DNA of 64,000 nucleotides, from assembly GCA_903944345.1 (NCBI GenBank), contig CAJARJ010000016.1:25852-89851 (forward strand). Reading direction: 5' to 3'. Origin of the DNA: Candidatus Omnitrophota bacterium. Its GTDB lineage: Bacteria > Omnitrophota > Gorgyraeia > Zapsychrales > Fredricksoniimonadaceae. The position numbers and the translations under genes are program-made. The notes beneath the pieces were generated by a model. It made no database searches, was not told the origin of the DNA, and worked only from the letters and a program-made list of their open reading frames with translations. Numbering within the stretch: the first letter of the stretch is position 1; each line of letters opens with the position of its first letter. Shown here one piece after another: positions 56,345 through 64,000 of the stretch.

Positions 56345-57325
56345 ATGGCCTTTGTTGATAGCGCACGTATCAAGGTTAAGGCCGGGAACGGCGGCAAAGG
56401 CTGTGAAAGCCACTATCGCGATCTATGGATGCGTTATCCACGGGCTGATGGCGGTGATGGTGGCGATGGTGGCGATGTCATCTTCCTGGCAGATCCGCAC
56501 ATACAAACTCTTTTGGATTTTCGTTTCCAGCAGCATTATCAGGCTGGCCGCGGCGGTCATGGCTCCAGTAAAAATGCAACCGGGAAGCGCGGCGAAGATT
56601 CCCTTTTAAAGGTTCCGGTAGGAACCGTTCTTTGGGATGATGAGTCTGGCCTTCTGATCCGGGATATGAGTGCCCCGGACGAAAAAGTGGTTGTCGCTCG
56701 CGGAGGACGGGGCGGCATTGGCAATATGCGCCGGAAAGTGGCGGTTCCGCCCACCCTGGGAGAGGAACGCATTGTCCGTCTGGAACTTAAAATCATCGCT
56801 GATGTCGGGTTGGTCGGGTTTCCTAATGCCGGAAAATCTACCCTGATCAATGGTATTTCCAAAGTCAGATCCAAGATAGCCAATTATCCGTTTACAACAA
56901 AACAGCCGGTTTTGGGGATTGTGGAGACGGATAATTTTAGCTTTGTCGCAGCGGATCTTCCTGGTCTGATTGAAGGGGCGCATTTGGGCCGAGGTCTTGG
57001 TCATCAGTTTCTCAAGCACGCCGAACGAACTAAAATACTAGTTCAGGTTATTGATATGGCCGCAACCGAGGATAGAGACCCGGTTGAGGATTACGAAACT
57101 ATTAATCAGGAACTTGAGCAATACAGCGAGCTTTTGGCGAACAAGCACAAAATACTTGTAGCCAACAAGATGGATTTGAAAGATGCAAAAAAGAATTTGA
57201 AAAGATTTCGCAAGAAGCATGATGTCCGGATTATTGAAGTCTCCGCGCTGGAGCAATCAGGCTTGCAGGAGCTGGTGGATGAAATGATCCGGATTCTGAA
57301 GTTGAGTGCGGATTCAACAGCCTAA
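56345..57325 (+). CDS. obgE: GTPase ObgE (short form)
   Basis: FVD....VKAGNGG.G, ADVGLVGFPNAGKST, YPFTT, DLPGLIEGA, NKMD. Confidence 0.95.
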   Translation: MAFVDSARIKVKAGNGGKGCESHYRDLWMRYPRADGGDGGDGGDVIFLADPHIQTLLDFRFQQHYQAGRGGHGSSKNATGKRGEDSLLKVPVGTVLWDDESGLLIRDMSAPDEKVVVARGGRGGIGNMRRKVAVPPTLGEERIVRLELKIIADVGLVGFPNAGKSTLINGISKVRSKIANYPFTTKQPVLGIVETDNFSFVAADLPGLIEGAHLGRGLGHQFLKHAERTKILVQVIDMAATEDRDPVEDYETINQELEQYSELLANKHKILVANKMDLKDAKKNLKRFRKKHDVRIIEVSALEQSGLQELVDEMIRILKLSADSTA

Positions 57326-57326
57326 T

Positions 57327-58424
57327 ATGTTAAGAAAATTTCCCAGAAAAATACGCCGGGTTGTTGTCAAGGTCGGATCAAGTCTGGTGGCGGATCATGA
57401 GATGTTGCCCAGAGAGGCTGCCCTGCGTTCCTTGGTTGCCCAGATTGCAGATATGCGCCAACAGAAGATCGAAGTTGTTCTGGTCAGTTCCGGAGCGATC
57501 GTTCTGGGGCTGGGAGAACTTGGTGAAAAAAAGCGGCCAACAGACACCCCGTCCTTGCAGGCCGCCGCTTCGATCGGACAAGCAGCGCTGATGCGGCGTT
57601 ATTGCGATTATTTCAAGGAGAAAGGGCAGATTTGTTCCCAGATTTTGTTGACTTGGGATGATTTTGCCGATCGAACCCGTTTTAATAATGCACGCAATAC
57701 ACTGGATGTTCTTCTCGCACGAGGAGTTACAGCTGTGATCAATGAAAATGACACGATTTCAACGGATGAAATCAAATTTGGTGATAACGACAAACTTTCT
57801 GCTTTGGTGGCTTCATTGGTCAGGGCGGATCTTTTGATCATGCTTTCAGATGTCGACGGTCTTTACAAAAAGGAGAATGGCCGTTTGACCGAGAAATTTA
57901 ATGAAGTCAAAGTGATTACTAGGGATATTGAAGGCGCGGCTGGAGAGGCCAAGGACAAAAACATCTCCAAGGGCGGGATGATAGCCAAAGTTAATGCGGT
58001 CAAAATAGCTTCTTGCGCCAATATCCCATCTATAATTGCGGACGGGCGTATGCCAGAGGTGATCCGTCGCATTGTTATTGACCGGGAGCCGCTGGGAACT
58101 TATTTTTTCGAAAAAGAAGAAAAATTGTTGCTGCGTAAACATTGGATACTTTTTGTCGCCAAACCCAAAGGCCGGGTGAAAGTGGATGACGGAGCCAAAA
58201 AAGTTTTGCTGGAGAGGCGTTCCAGCTTGCTGCTGCCGGGTGTGCTGGGTTGTGAAGGTGTTTTCAGAGCGGGTGACGTGGTTATTCTTGAGGATATTCA
58301 CGGGGGAGAACTTGCTCGTGGCATAACAAACTATTCTGTTGCCGAACTTATGAGAATGTCTGTCGATAAAAAGAAACGGCGGGAGTTTATTCATGCCGAT
58401 GATCTGGTGGTTACGGCACAGTAA
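57327..58424 (+). CDS. proB: glutamate 5-kinase with PUA domain
   Basis: VVKVGSS, VSSGA, NENDT, FGDND.LSA, GGM..K, VDDGA. Confidence 0.96.
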   Translation: MLRKFPRKIRRVVVKVGSSLVADHEMLPREAALRSLVAQIADMRQQKIEVVLVSSGAIVLGLGELGEKKRPTDTPSLQAAASIGQAALMRRYCDYFKEKGQICSQILLTWDDFADRTRFNNARNTLDVLLARGVTAVINENDTISTDEIKFGDNDKLSALVASLVRADLLIMLSDVDGLYKKENGRLTEKFNEVKVITRDIEGAAGEAKDKNISKGGMIAKVNAVKIASCANIPSIIADGRMPEVIRRIVIDREPLGTYFFEKEEKLLLRKHWILFVAKPKGRVKVDDGAKKVLLERRSSLLLPGVLGCEGVFRAGDVVILEDIHGGELARGITNYSVAELMRMSVDKKKRREFIHADDLVVTAQ

Positions 58425-58454
58425 GTAACAGCTGTCTTATTGAAGGGTTTTAAG

Positions 58455-59711
58455 ATGTCCTTGAAATCGGTTATTATTGATCAGGCTCGCAAGGCTCGTG
58501 AGGCGGCCTTGAAGCTTGCATTATTGTCGAGTAAAGACAAAAATTCGGCTTTAAAAGCTATGGCTTCGGCTTTGATCAAATCACGGGCCGGGATCATCCG
58601 CGAGAATGCGCGGGATATTAAGGCTGCCAGTCAGGCGGGATTGCCGCAGGCGATGATTGATCGCTTGCTTCTTAATGAGGCCCGAATAGGCCAGATGGCA
58701 GATGGCATTCTGGATATTGCCGCGTTGCCTGATCCGGTGGGGCAGTTATTAGAGGTGCGTAAAAGGCCGAATGGCTTAAGAATAGAGAAAGTCTGTGTTC
58801 CTTTGGGGGTTGTGGCGATTATTTACGAGTCACGTCCCAATGTGACCAGTGATTGTGCCGCGTTGTGTCTTAAGTCCGGGAATGCCGCCGTACTCAAAGG
58901 CGGCAAAGAAGCGATTTATTCCAATCGGGAAATATATAAAGTTCTCAGGTCGGCTTTGACGGACACTCCTGTTCCGATTGAAGCGTTACAGTTTATCGGA
59001 TCAGTCGAACGGGCGGCAGTGTGTGAGCTGTTGAAGCTGGACCAGCAGGTGGATCTGGTTGTTCCTCGCGGTGGAGAAGGTCTAATTAGATTTGTAGCGG
59101 AAAATTCAACGATTCCAGTTGTTAAGCACTACAAGGGTGTTTGTCACATTTATGTCGCTGAAAAAGCTGATTTGTCGATGGCCGCTGACATATGCTTTAA
59201 TGCCAAGGTTCAGCGTCCCGGGGTTTGTAATGCTATGGAAAAGATGCTGGTTGACGAGAAAATTGCGGAGAAATTTCTGCCGGGGATGATTGCGCGCTTT
59301 CAATCCGCGGGAGTGGAAATCAGGGGCGATGAGCATGTCTGCCGAATGATCAAGGGACTTAAGAAGGCAGTTGCGCGGGATTGGCAGGAAGAATATCTGG
59401 ATCTTGTTCTTGCGGTCAAGGTGGTTCGGGGTGTTGAGGAGGCCATTGATCATATTAATACGTTTGGCTCCCGGCATTCGGATGCAATTGTAACCCGTGA
59501 TCGCAGGCAAGCGGAAGCTTTTCTTAAGGGAGTTGATTCAGCGTGTGTTTATGTGAATGCTTCTACTCGATTTACTGATGGGAATGAATTTGGTCTTGGC
59601 GCCGAAGTCGGGATATCCACCGACAAGCTGCATGTGCGCGGTCCCATGGGCCTCGCGGGCTTGACCACCTACAAATATCAGGTTTATGGCAGCGGGCAGA
59701 TAAGGGTTTGA
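58455..59711 (+). CDS. proA: gamma-glutamyl phosphate reductase
   Basis: VPLGVV.IIYESRPNVT, PRGG..L, VCNA.E, NASTRFTDG, KLHVRGP. Confidence 0.97.
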   Translation: MSLKSVIIDQARKAREAALKLALLSSKDKNSALKAMASALIKSRAGIIRENARDIKAASQAGLPQAMIDRLLLNEARIGQMADGILDIAALPDPVGQLLEVRKRPNGLRIEKVCVPLGVVAIIYESRPNVTSDCAALCLKSGNAAVLKGGKEAIYSNREIYKVLRSALTDTPVPIEALQFIGSVERAAVCELLKLDQQVDLVVPRGGEGLIRFVAENSTIPVVKHYKGVCHIYVAEKADLSMAADICFNAKVQRPGVCNAMEKMLVDEKIAEKFLPGMIARFQSAGVEIRGDEHVCRMIKGLKKAVARDWQEEYLDLVLAVKVVRGVEEAIDHINTFGSRHSDAIVTRDRRQAEAFLKGVDSACVYVNASTRFTDGNEFGLGAEVGISTDKLHVRGPMGLAGLTTYKYQVYGSGQIRV

Positions 59712-59734
59712 GGCTGTCGCTCCAGGTGTGAATT

Positions 59735-60310
59735 ATGAAAAAGACAGGCCTCTTTGGCGGAACTTTTGATCCGGTGCATATAGGACATTTGTTGATGGCT
59801 CGTGCAGCTCTGGAGCAGATGGGCCTGGATCGGGTGATTTTTATTCCTTCCTGTGTTCCGCCCCACAAAAAAATGCCTACTCTTTTTTCTGCTCAGGACC
59901 GGCTGCGCATGATTCGTTCGGCCATTGCCGGTATCCCCGAATTTGAAGTTTCTGATTTTGAAATCAGGAAGGGTGGGAAGTCCTATTCGATCGATACGGC
60001 CAGACATTTTCGTTCCATTGCTCCTGGGGACGAGAAGCTCTTTTTTATTGTTGGAGGAGATGCAATCAACCAGCTGGACAATTGGAGAGATATCGGGCAA
60101 CTGAAAGAGCTGTGCTCTTTTGTTTCGGTTAACCGGCCAGGCTATCCTCGTGGGGAAGCCAAATTGCAGTATCATGCGGTTACAATGAATGGCATCGAGA
60201 TGTCTTCAACCGAGATCAGAAAGCGCATTCTCGGTCGAAAGTCAATACGGTTTCTTGTCCCGGACAGTGTTTTACGCTATATTCTCAAGAATGATTTGAT
60301 TGAGATTTGA
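59735..60310 (+). CDS. nadD: nicotinate-nucleotide adenylyltransferase
   Basis: GGTFDPVHIGH, PPHK, SYSIDT, SSTEIR. Confidence 0.95.
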   Translation: MKKTGLFGGTFDPVHIGHLLMARAALEQMGLDRVIFIPSCVPPHKKMPTLFSAQDRLRMIRSAIAGIPEFEVSDFEIRKGGKSYSIDTARHFRSIAPGDEKLFFIVGGDAINQLDNWRDIGQLKELCSFVSVNRPGYPRGEAKLQYHAVTMNGIEMSSTEIRKRILGRKSIRFLVPDSVLRYILKNDLIEI

Positions 60311-60331
60311 TCTCCGGAATCGGTCCGGAGG
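60311..60331. other. short hairpin after nadD
   Basis: TCTCCGGA-ATCGG-TCCGGAGG. Confidence 0.35.
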
Positions 60332-60379
60332 GTTAACTTTTTAGATAAAAGAATAATTTAACACATATCAGGAGCGGTT

Positions 60380-61807
60380 ATGGTGCAAAATCCCAGGGAT
60401 GTTATCAAATTTGGTACAGATGGATGGCGTGCGATTATTGCTGACACGTTCACATTCGAGAATCTTGCAGTTTTGGCGCAGGCTTTTTCTCGTTGGGTCA
60501 AGCAGGATGCGGCCAGGATTCCAGGAGAGCCTTTGCGGGTGGCTGTTGGTTATGATAATCGTTTTCTTTCCCGGGATTTTTCCCGGATGGTTGCCTCAAT
60601 TCTGGCTGCAAATGGTATTGAGGTTGTTCTTTCGGATGCATCTTTGCCGACACCGGCGCTTAGTCTTGCGGTGTGCGAAACAAAAAGTGTGGCCGGAGTG
60701 GTCATTACAGCCAGTCATAACCCGCCGGAATACAATGGATTCAAGATTAAGACGGCACAGGGCGGCGGAGCCGGTCGTAATATTACGGATACAGTCGAGT
60801 CCTATATAGGAACCCAGGACGTCAGAAATACTGATTTCAAGAAGGCCACTGCGGATGGACAAATTAGAATTCTTGATCTGAAAAGCAGTTATTTGAAGTT
60901 CATCAAGCATTATGTCAATTTGAAAAAGATCAAGACTGCCAAATTCCGGGTTGTTCAGGATGTCATGCATGGTTCTGGCGGAACTCTTTTGGCCGAGGTT
61001 CTCAAGGGCAGTTCGATTAAGCTGGAATTATTGCGTTCGGATGTCAATCCGGGATTTGGCGATTCCCGTCCCGAGCCTTTGCCCCAATATTTAGGGGGGT
61101 TGATTGCCAAAATGAAAAAAGAAAAGATTGATCTGGGTCTTGTTCTTGATGGCGACGCGGATCGTGTGGCTGCGGTTTTGCCGGGAGGAGAATTTCTTTC
61201 TCCGCAGAAAATTCTTGCCTTGCTGGCACTGCATTTATGGAAGAATCGTGGTATCCGTGGGGGAGTCATCAAGACGATCTGCGGGACAACCATGATAGAT
61301 AACATGTGTAAGGACAACGGGATAAAGCTCTATGAAACACCGGTAGGGTTCAAGTATATTTCGGATCTGATGATTAAAGAGCAAATTATTGTGGGTGGCG
61401 AGGAGGCTGGCGGTATGGGGCTGCCTAATTACATCCCCGAACGTGACGGCATTCTGGCTGGTTTGCTTCTTTTGGAGATGATGGTTTACGAAAAGAAAAA
61501 TATTGGCAAGATTCTGGAAGAAGTCGAGAAGAAATACGGTCGCTATTATTACGATAAAACCAGTATTCATCTTAAAGGTGTGGTCAAGTCGCTTGATGCG
61601 GTCAAGAAGTTGCCTGAGGTTCTTGGCAAAAAAGTTATTGCGGTCAAGGATTATGACGGGGTTAAGCTTGAACTGGCTGATGACAGCTGGATTATGGTCA
61701 GGGCCTCGGGGACAGAGCCTATCCTGCGCGCCTATGCGGAGTCAAGAAGTCAGAAACGCACCAAAGATCTTCTGGCTTATGCTCTGGAGTTGGCAAAAAC
61801 CTTGTGA
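60380..61807 (+). CDS. phosphoglucomutase/phosphomannomutase family protein
   Basis: FGTDGWR, TASHNP, DGDADR, GFKYI, GGEE, RASGTEP. Confidence 0.95.
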   Translation: MVQNPRDVIKFGTDGWRAIIADTFTFENLAVLAQAFSRWVKQDAARIPGEPLRVAVGYDNRFLSRDFSRMVASILAANGIEVVLSDASLPTPALSLAVCETKSVAGVVITASHNPPEYNGFKIKTAQGGGAGRNITDTVESYIGTQDVRNTDFKKATADGQIRILDLKSSYLKFIKHYVNLKKIKTAKFRVVQDVMHGSGGTLLAEVLKGSSIKLELLRSDVNPGFGDSRPEPLPQYLGGLIAKMKKEKIDLGLVLDGDADRVAAVLPGGEFLSPQKILALLALHLWKNRGIRGGVIKTICGTTMIDNMCKDNGIKLYETPVGFKYISDLMIKEQIIVGGEEAGGMGLPNYIPERDGILAGLLLLEMMVYEKKNIGKILEEVEKKYGRYYYDKTSIHLKGVVKSLDAVKKLPEVLGKKVIAVKDYDGVKLELADDSWIMVRASGTEPILRAYAESRSQKRTKDLLAYALELAKTL

Positions 61808-61820
61808 TGGTGTTGTGCGC

Positions 61821-62420
61821 ATGACAAGTTTTTTGCAGACGTTTTATTATTGGGGAGTGACTGCGCTGGCGGCGGCGGTCAGTTTTATTTTTTATCCCTG
61901 CGTTGTTGTCGGGCGTGAACATATTCCGGCCAAGGGCGGATTTATTCTTGCCTCCAACCATGAAAGTAATATTGATCCTGTTCTTTTACCGGTAGCTTGT
62001 CCGAGGCAGATGCGTTTTATGGCCAAGGAGGAGTTATTTCGTCACCCTCTGCTGGCATTTTTGATCAGGACAGGCGGGGGCTTTCCGGTCAGGCGAGGGA
62101 AAGTGGATCGTTCGGCTTTGAAAGAATTCTTGTATCAGCTGAAACAGGGTTATCCGGTGCTTATTTTTCCGCAGGGCACAAGGGGAGGGGTAAAGGTTCA
62201 GGCTGGAGCGGGTTTTCTGGCTCTTAATAGTGCAATGCCGGTAATTCCGGCGTATATTGAAGGCACGGATAAGGTGTTGGCCAAGGGGGCGGTGCTTCCC
62301 AGACGCACGCTGGTTAAGGTTGTTTTTGGCCGACCGTTTGTTTTGCCGGACGGGCTTTCTTCCCAGGAAGCGTCTCAGCAGATAATGGCCCGGATATCTG
62401 AGTTAAAGCCTTCGTTGTAA
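61821..62420 (+). CDS. plsC: 1-acyl-sn-glycerol-3-phosphate acyltransferase
   Basis: NHESNID (HX4D), FMAKEEL, FPVRRG, FPQGTR. True start re-called at 61821. Confidence 0.9.
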   Translation: MTSFLQTFYYWGVTALAAAVSFIFYPCVVVGREHIPAKGGFILASNHESNIDPVLLPVACPRQMRFMAKEELFRHPLLAFLIRTGGGFPVRRGKVDRSALKEFLYQLKQGYPVLIFPQGTRGGVKVQAGAGFLALNSAMPVIPAYIEGTDKVLAKGAVLPRRTLVKVVFGRPFVLPDGLSSQEASQQIMARISELKPSL

Positions 62421-62497
62421 TCTTCGTTCAGAATGTTGTTTCCATCGATTTGTTCTGCCTTGATTCCGGCATTTCTTCAGGGGGTGTTTCTTTTTGT

Positions 62498-62525
62498 TTG
62501 ACAAACAGTGATATTTTGTAATAAT
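62498..62525 (+). promoter_or_regulatory. sigma70-type promoter for rpsA
   Basis: TTGACA (62498-62503), 16-bp spacer, TG-extended AATAAT. Confidence 0.5.
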
Positions 62526-62601
62526 GAGCAATTCTCCGGCTTTGGGAAAAATCCCAAAATAACAGGCCGGATCAAAGGAAAAGAAAGAAGGAAGTTAAAC
62601 C

Positions 62602-64000
62602 ATGGCAACAGAAGTAAAAAAATCATTAATGGAAGAGCTTTACGGCAGTACTCTTAAAAGTTTTGCGGAAGGACAGATTGTTCCCGGGACAGTAGTGGGC
62701 AAGACCCCGGATGAGGCAATTGTTGACATCGGATTCAAGTCCGAGGGGTTTGTTTCCCTGGAAGAATTCCGTAATCCGGAATTGATCGATGTCGGGCATA
62801 CTCTTGACGTTCTTATCGAAACAATCGAGGACGAAGAAGGAAAACTGGTTCTCTCGTTTGCGAAGGCCGAGAGACAGAAGGGCTGGCTGAAAATCGCCGA
62901 TGTTATCAATGAGGGCGATGTTCTTGAGGGTCGGGTGGTTCGTATTGTTAAGGGTGGATATATTGTTGATGTTCAGGGAGTCGAGGCGTTTCTTCCGATG
63001 TCCTTGTCTTCTTTCAAGAATATTCCCAGTGACGATATTACTGCAAGACCGTACCGTTTTGTCGTCGCAAAGATGAACAAACAGCGCCGGAATCTTATTC
63101 TTTCCCGCCGCGAAGTTGTTCAGAAAGAGCGTGAAGCCAACCGGGAAGTTCTTTGGGGGCAGTTACAGAAGGGGCAGCGCCGCAACGGAGTTGTCAAGGG
63201 GATCACAGATTTTGGTGCCTTTATCGATCTGGGCGGAGTTGACGGACTTTTGCATATTACGGACATGAGCTGGTCCAGAATCAGTCATCCGTCAGAAATC
63301 GTTTCCTTGGGACAGCGCCTGGAAGTGGTTATTCTTGATTTTGACCGTGACAACTCAAAAGTTTCACTGGGGCTCAAGCAGATTACAGCCAACCCCTGGG
63401 AGGCTGTTTACGACAAGTATCCGGCAGGAACAGTAGTTAAGGGCAAAGTGGTCAATATTATGCCTTACGGCGTATTTGTAGAAATTGACAAGGGGATCGA
63501 AGGCCTTTTGCATGCTTCCGAAATTACTTGGCAAAAAAAGATGGTCAATCCGCAGGAAATGTTTACTGTCGGCCAGGTTGTTGAGGTGCAGATTATAAAT
63601 GTTGATCGTGATCAGAAGCGCATTTCCCTTTCTATGAAGCAGCTGGAAGATAATCCCTGGCTTAAGGCGGAAGAGAAGTTTGCTGTCAGTTCACGCGTTC
63701 AGGGAACTATTCGCGGTTTTGCTGATTATGGCGCGTTTGTGGAACTTGAACATGGTCTCGAAGGGATGATACACGTTTCGGATATGTCCTGGACCAGAAA
63801 AGTTAATCATCCGCAGGAAGTCCTGCAAAAAGGCCAGAAGGTCGAGGTTGCCGTTCTTGCTGTCGATGGTAAAGGTCGCAAGATCACCCTCGGTCTTAAA
63901 CAGCTGGTTGCTAATCCCTGGCCGGAAATTGCCAGGAAGTATCCGGTTGAGACTGTTGTGGACGCGGTTGTTATTATGAATTCCAATTTTGGTGTATTTG
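62602..64000 (+). CDS. rpsA: 30S ribosomal protein S1 (3' truncated by window edge)
   Basis: ATG 62602 opens a frame with VDIGFKSEG, DFGAFIDLGGVDGLLHITDMSW, SLGLKQ..NPW and repeated S1 domains. It is not in the ORF track because there is no stop in the window. Confidence 0.96.
   Translation, partial: MATEVKKSLMEELYGSTLKSFAEGQIVPGTVVGKTPDEAIVDIGFKSEGFVSLEEFRNPELIDVGHTLDVLIETIEDEEGKLVLSFAKAERQKGWLKIADVINEGDVLEGRVVRIVKGGYIVDVQGVEAFLPMSLSSFKNIPSDDITARPYRFVVAKMNKQRRNLILSRREVVQKEREANREVLWGQLQKGQRRNGVVKGITDFGAFIDLGGVDGLLHITDMSWSRISHPSEIVSLGQRLEVVILDFDRDNSKVSLGLKQITANPWEAVYDKYPAGTVVKGKVVNIMPYGVFVEIDKGIEGLLHASEITWQKKMVNPQEMFTVGQVVEVQIINVDRDQKRISLSMKQLEDNPWLKAEEKFAVSSRVQGTIRGFADYGAFVELEHGLEGMIHVSDMSWTRKVNHPQEVLQKGQKVEVAVLAVDGKGRKITLGLKQLVANPWPEIARKYPVETVVDAVVIMNSNFGVF

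Noticed and set aside
61503-61820. N-terminal extension of plsC in the ORF track
   Set aside because: It overlaps the phosphoglucomutase gene in another frame; PlsC similarity starts near ATG 61821.
1-64000. CRISPR arrays, IS elements, rRNA, parS or DnaA-box clusters, stop-codon recoding
   Set aside because: None seen by eye, and genes read intact in the standard code with TGA, TAA and TAG all used as stops. Degenerate sites could have been missed without a scan.

Overview
This is 64 kb of core bacterial chromosome. Every credible gene (about 66 CDS, 2 tRNAs and RNase P RNA) lies on the + strand. Gene content and order suggest an uncultured diderm such as Candidatus Omnitrophota; this is an inference, not checked by search. 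In order, the window holds peptide ABC transporter C/D/F subunits, a polytopic TPR membrane protein, glgC, fabV, a small HTH gene plus smc, cvpA-dnaG-rpoD, tRNA-Ile2/tRNA-Val-zinc ribbon-rnhA-rnpB, yebC-ruvC-ruvA-scpB-pheA-hisC-tyrA-cmk-lepA-lepB-pgsA-plsY, envelope lipoproteins, a CheY/CheX-like pair, dsbA-doxX-amrB/A-rodA, a large type IV pilus locus, rng-rplU-obgE-proB-proA-nadD-pgm-plsC and a partial rpsA. I saw no mobile elements, CRISPR arrays or rRNA. Main leads: (1) an SMC whose hinge is replaced by a ~70-aa non-canonical domain; (2) a pilus locus with two PilB ATPases, two stand-alone MshEN proteins and a switch-like pilin leader; (3) an RNase P RNA that seems to lack P13/P14 and overlaps the end of rnhA; (4) rpmA (L27) missing beside an ObgE with altered PTC-contacting loops; (5) a signal-peptide-bearing Memo-AMMECR1 fusion; (6) a ruvA/scpB junction lacking ruvB and scpA. 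All calls come from motif recognition by eye.
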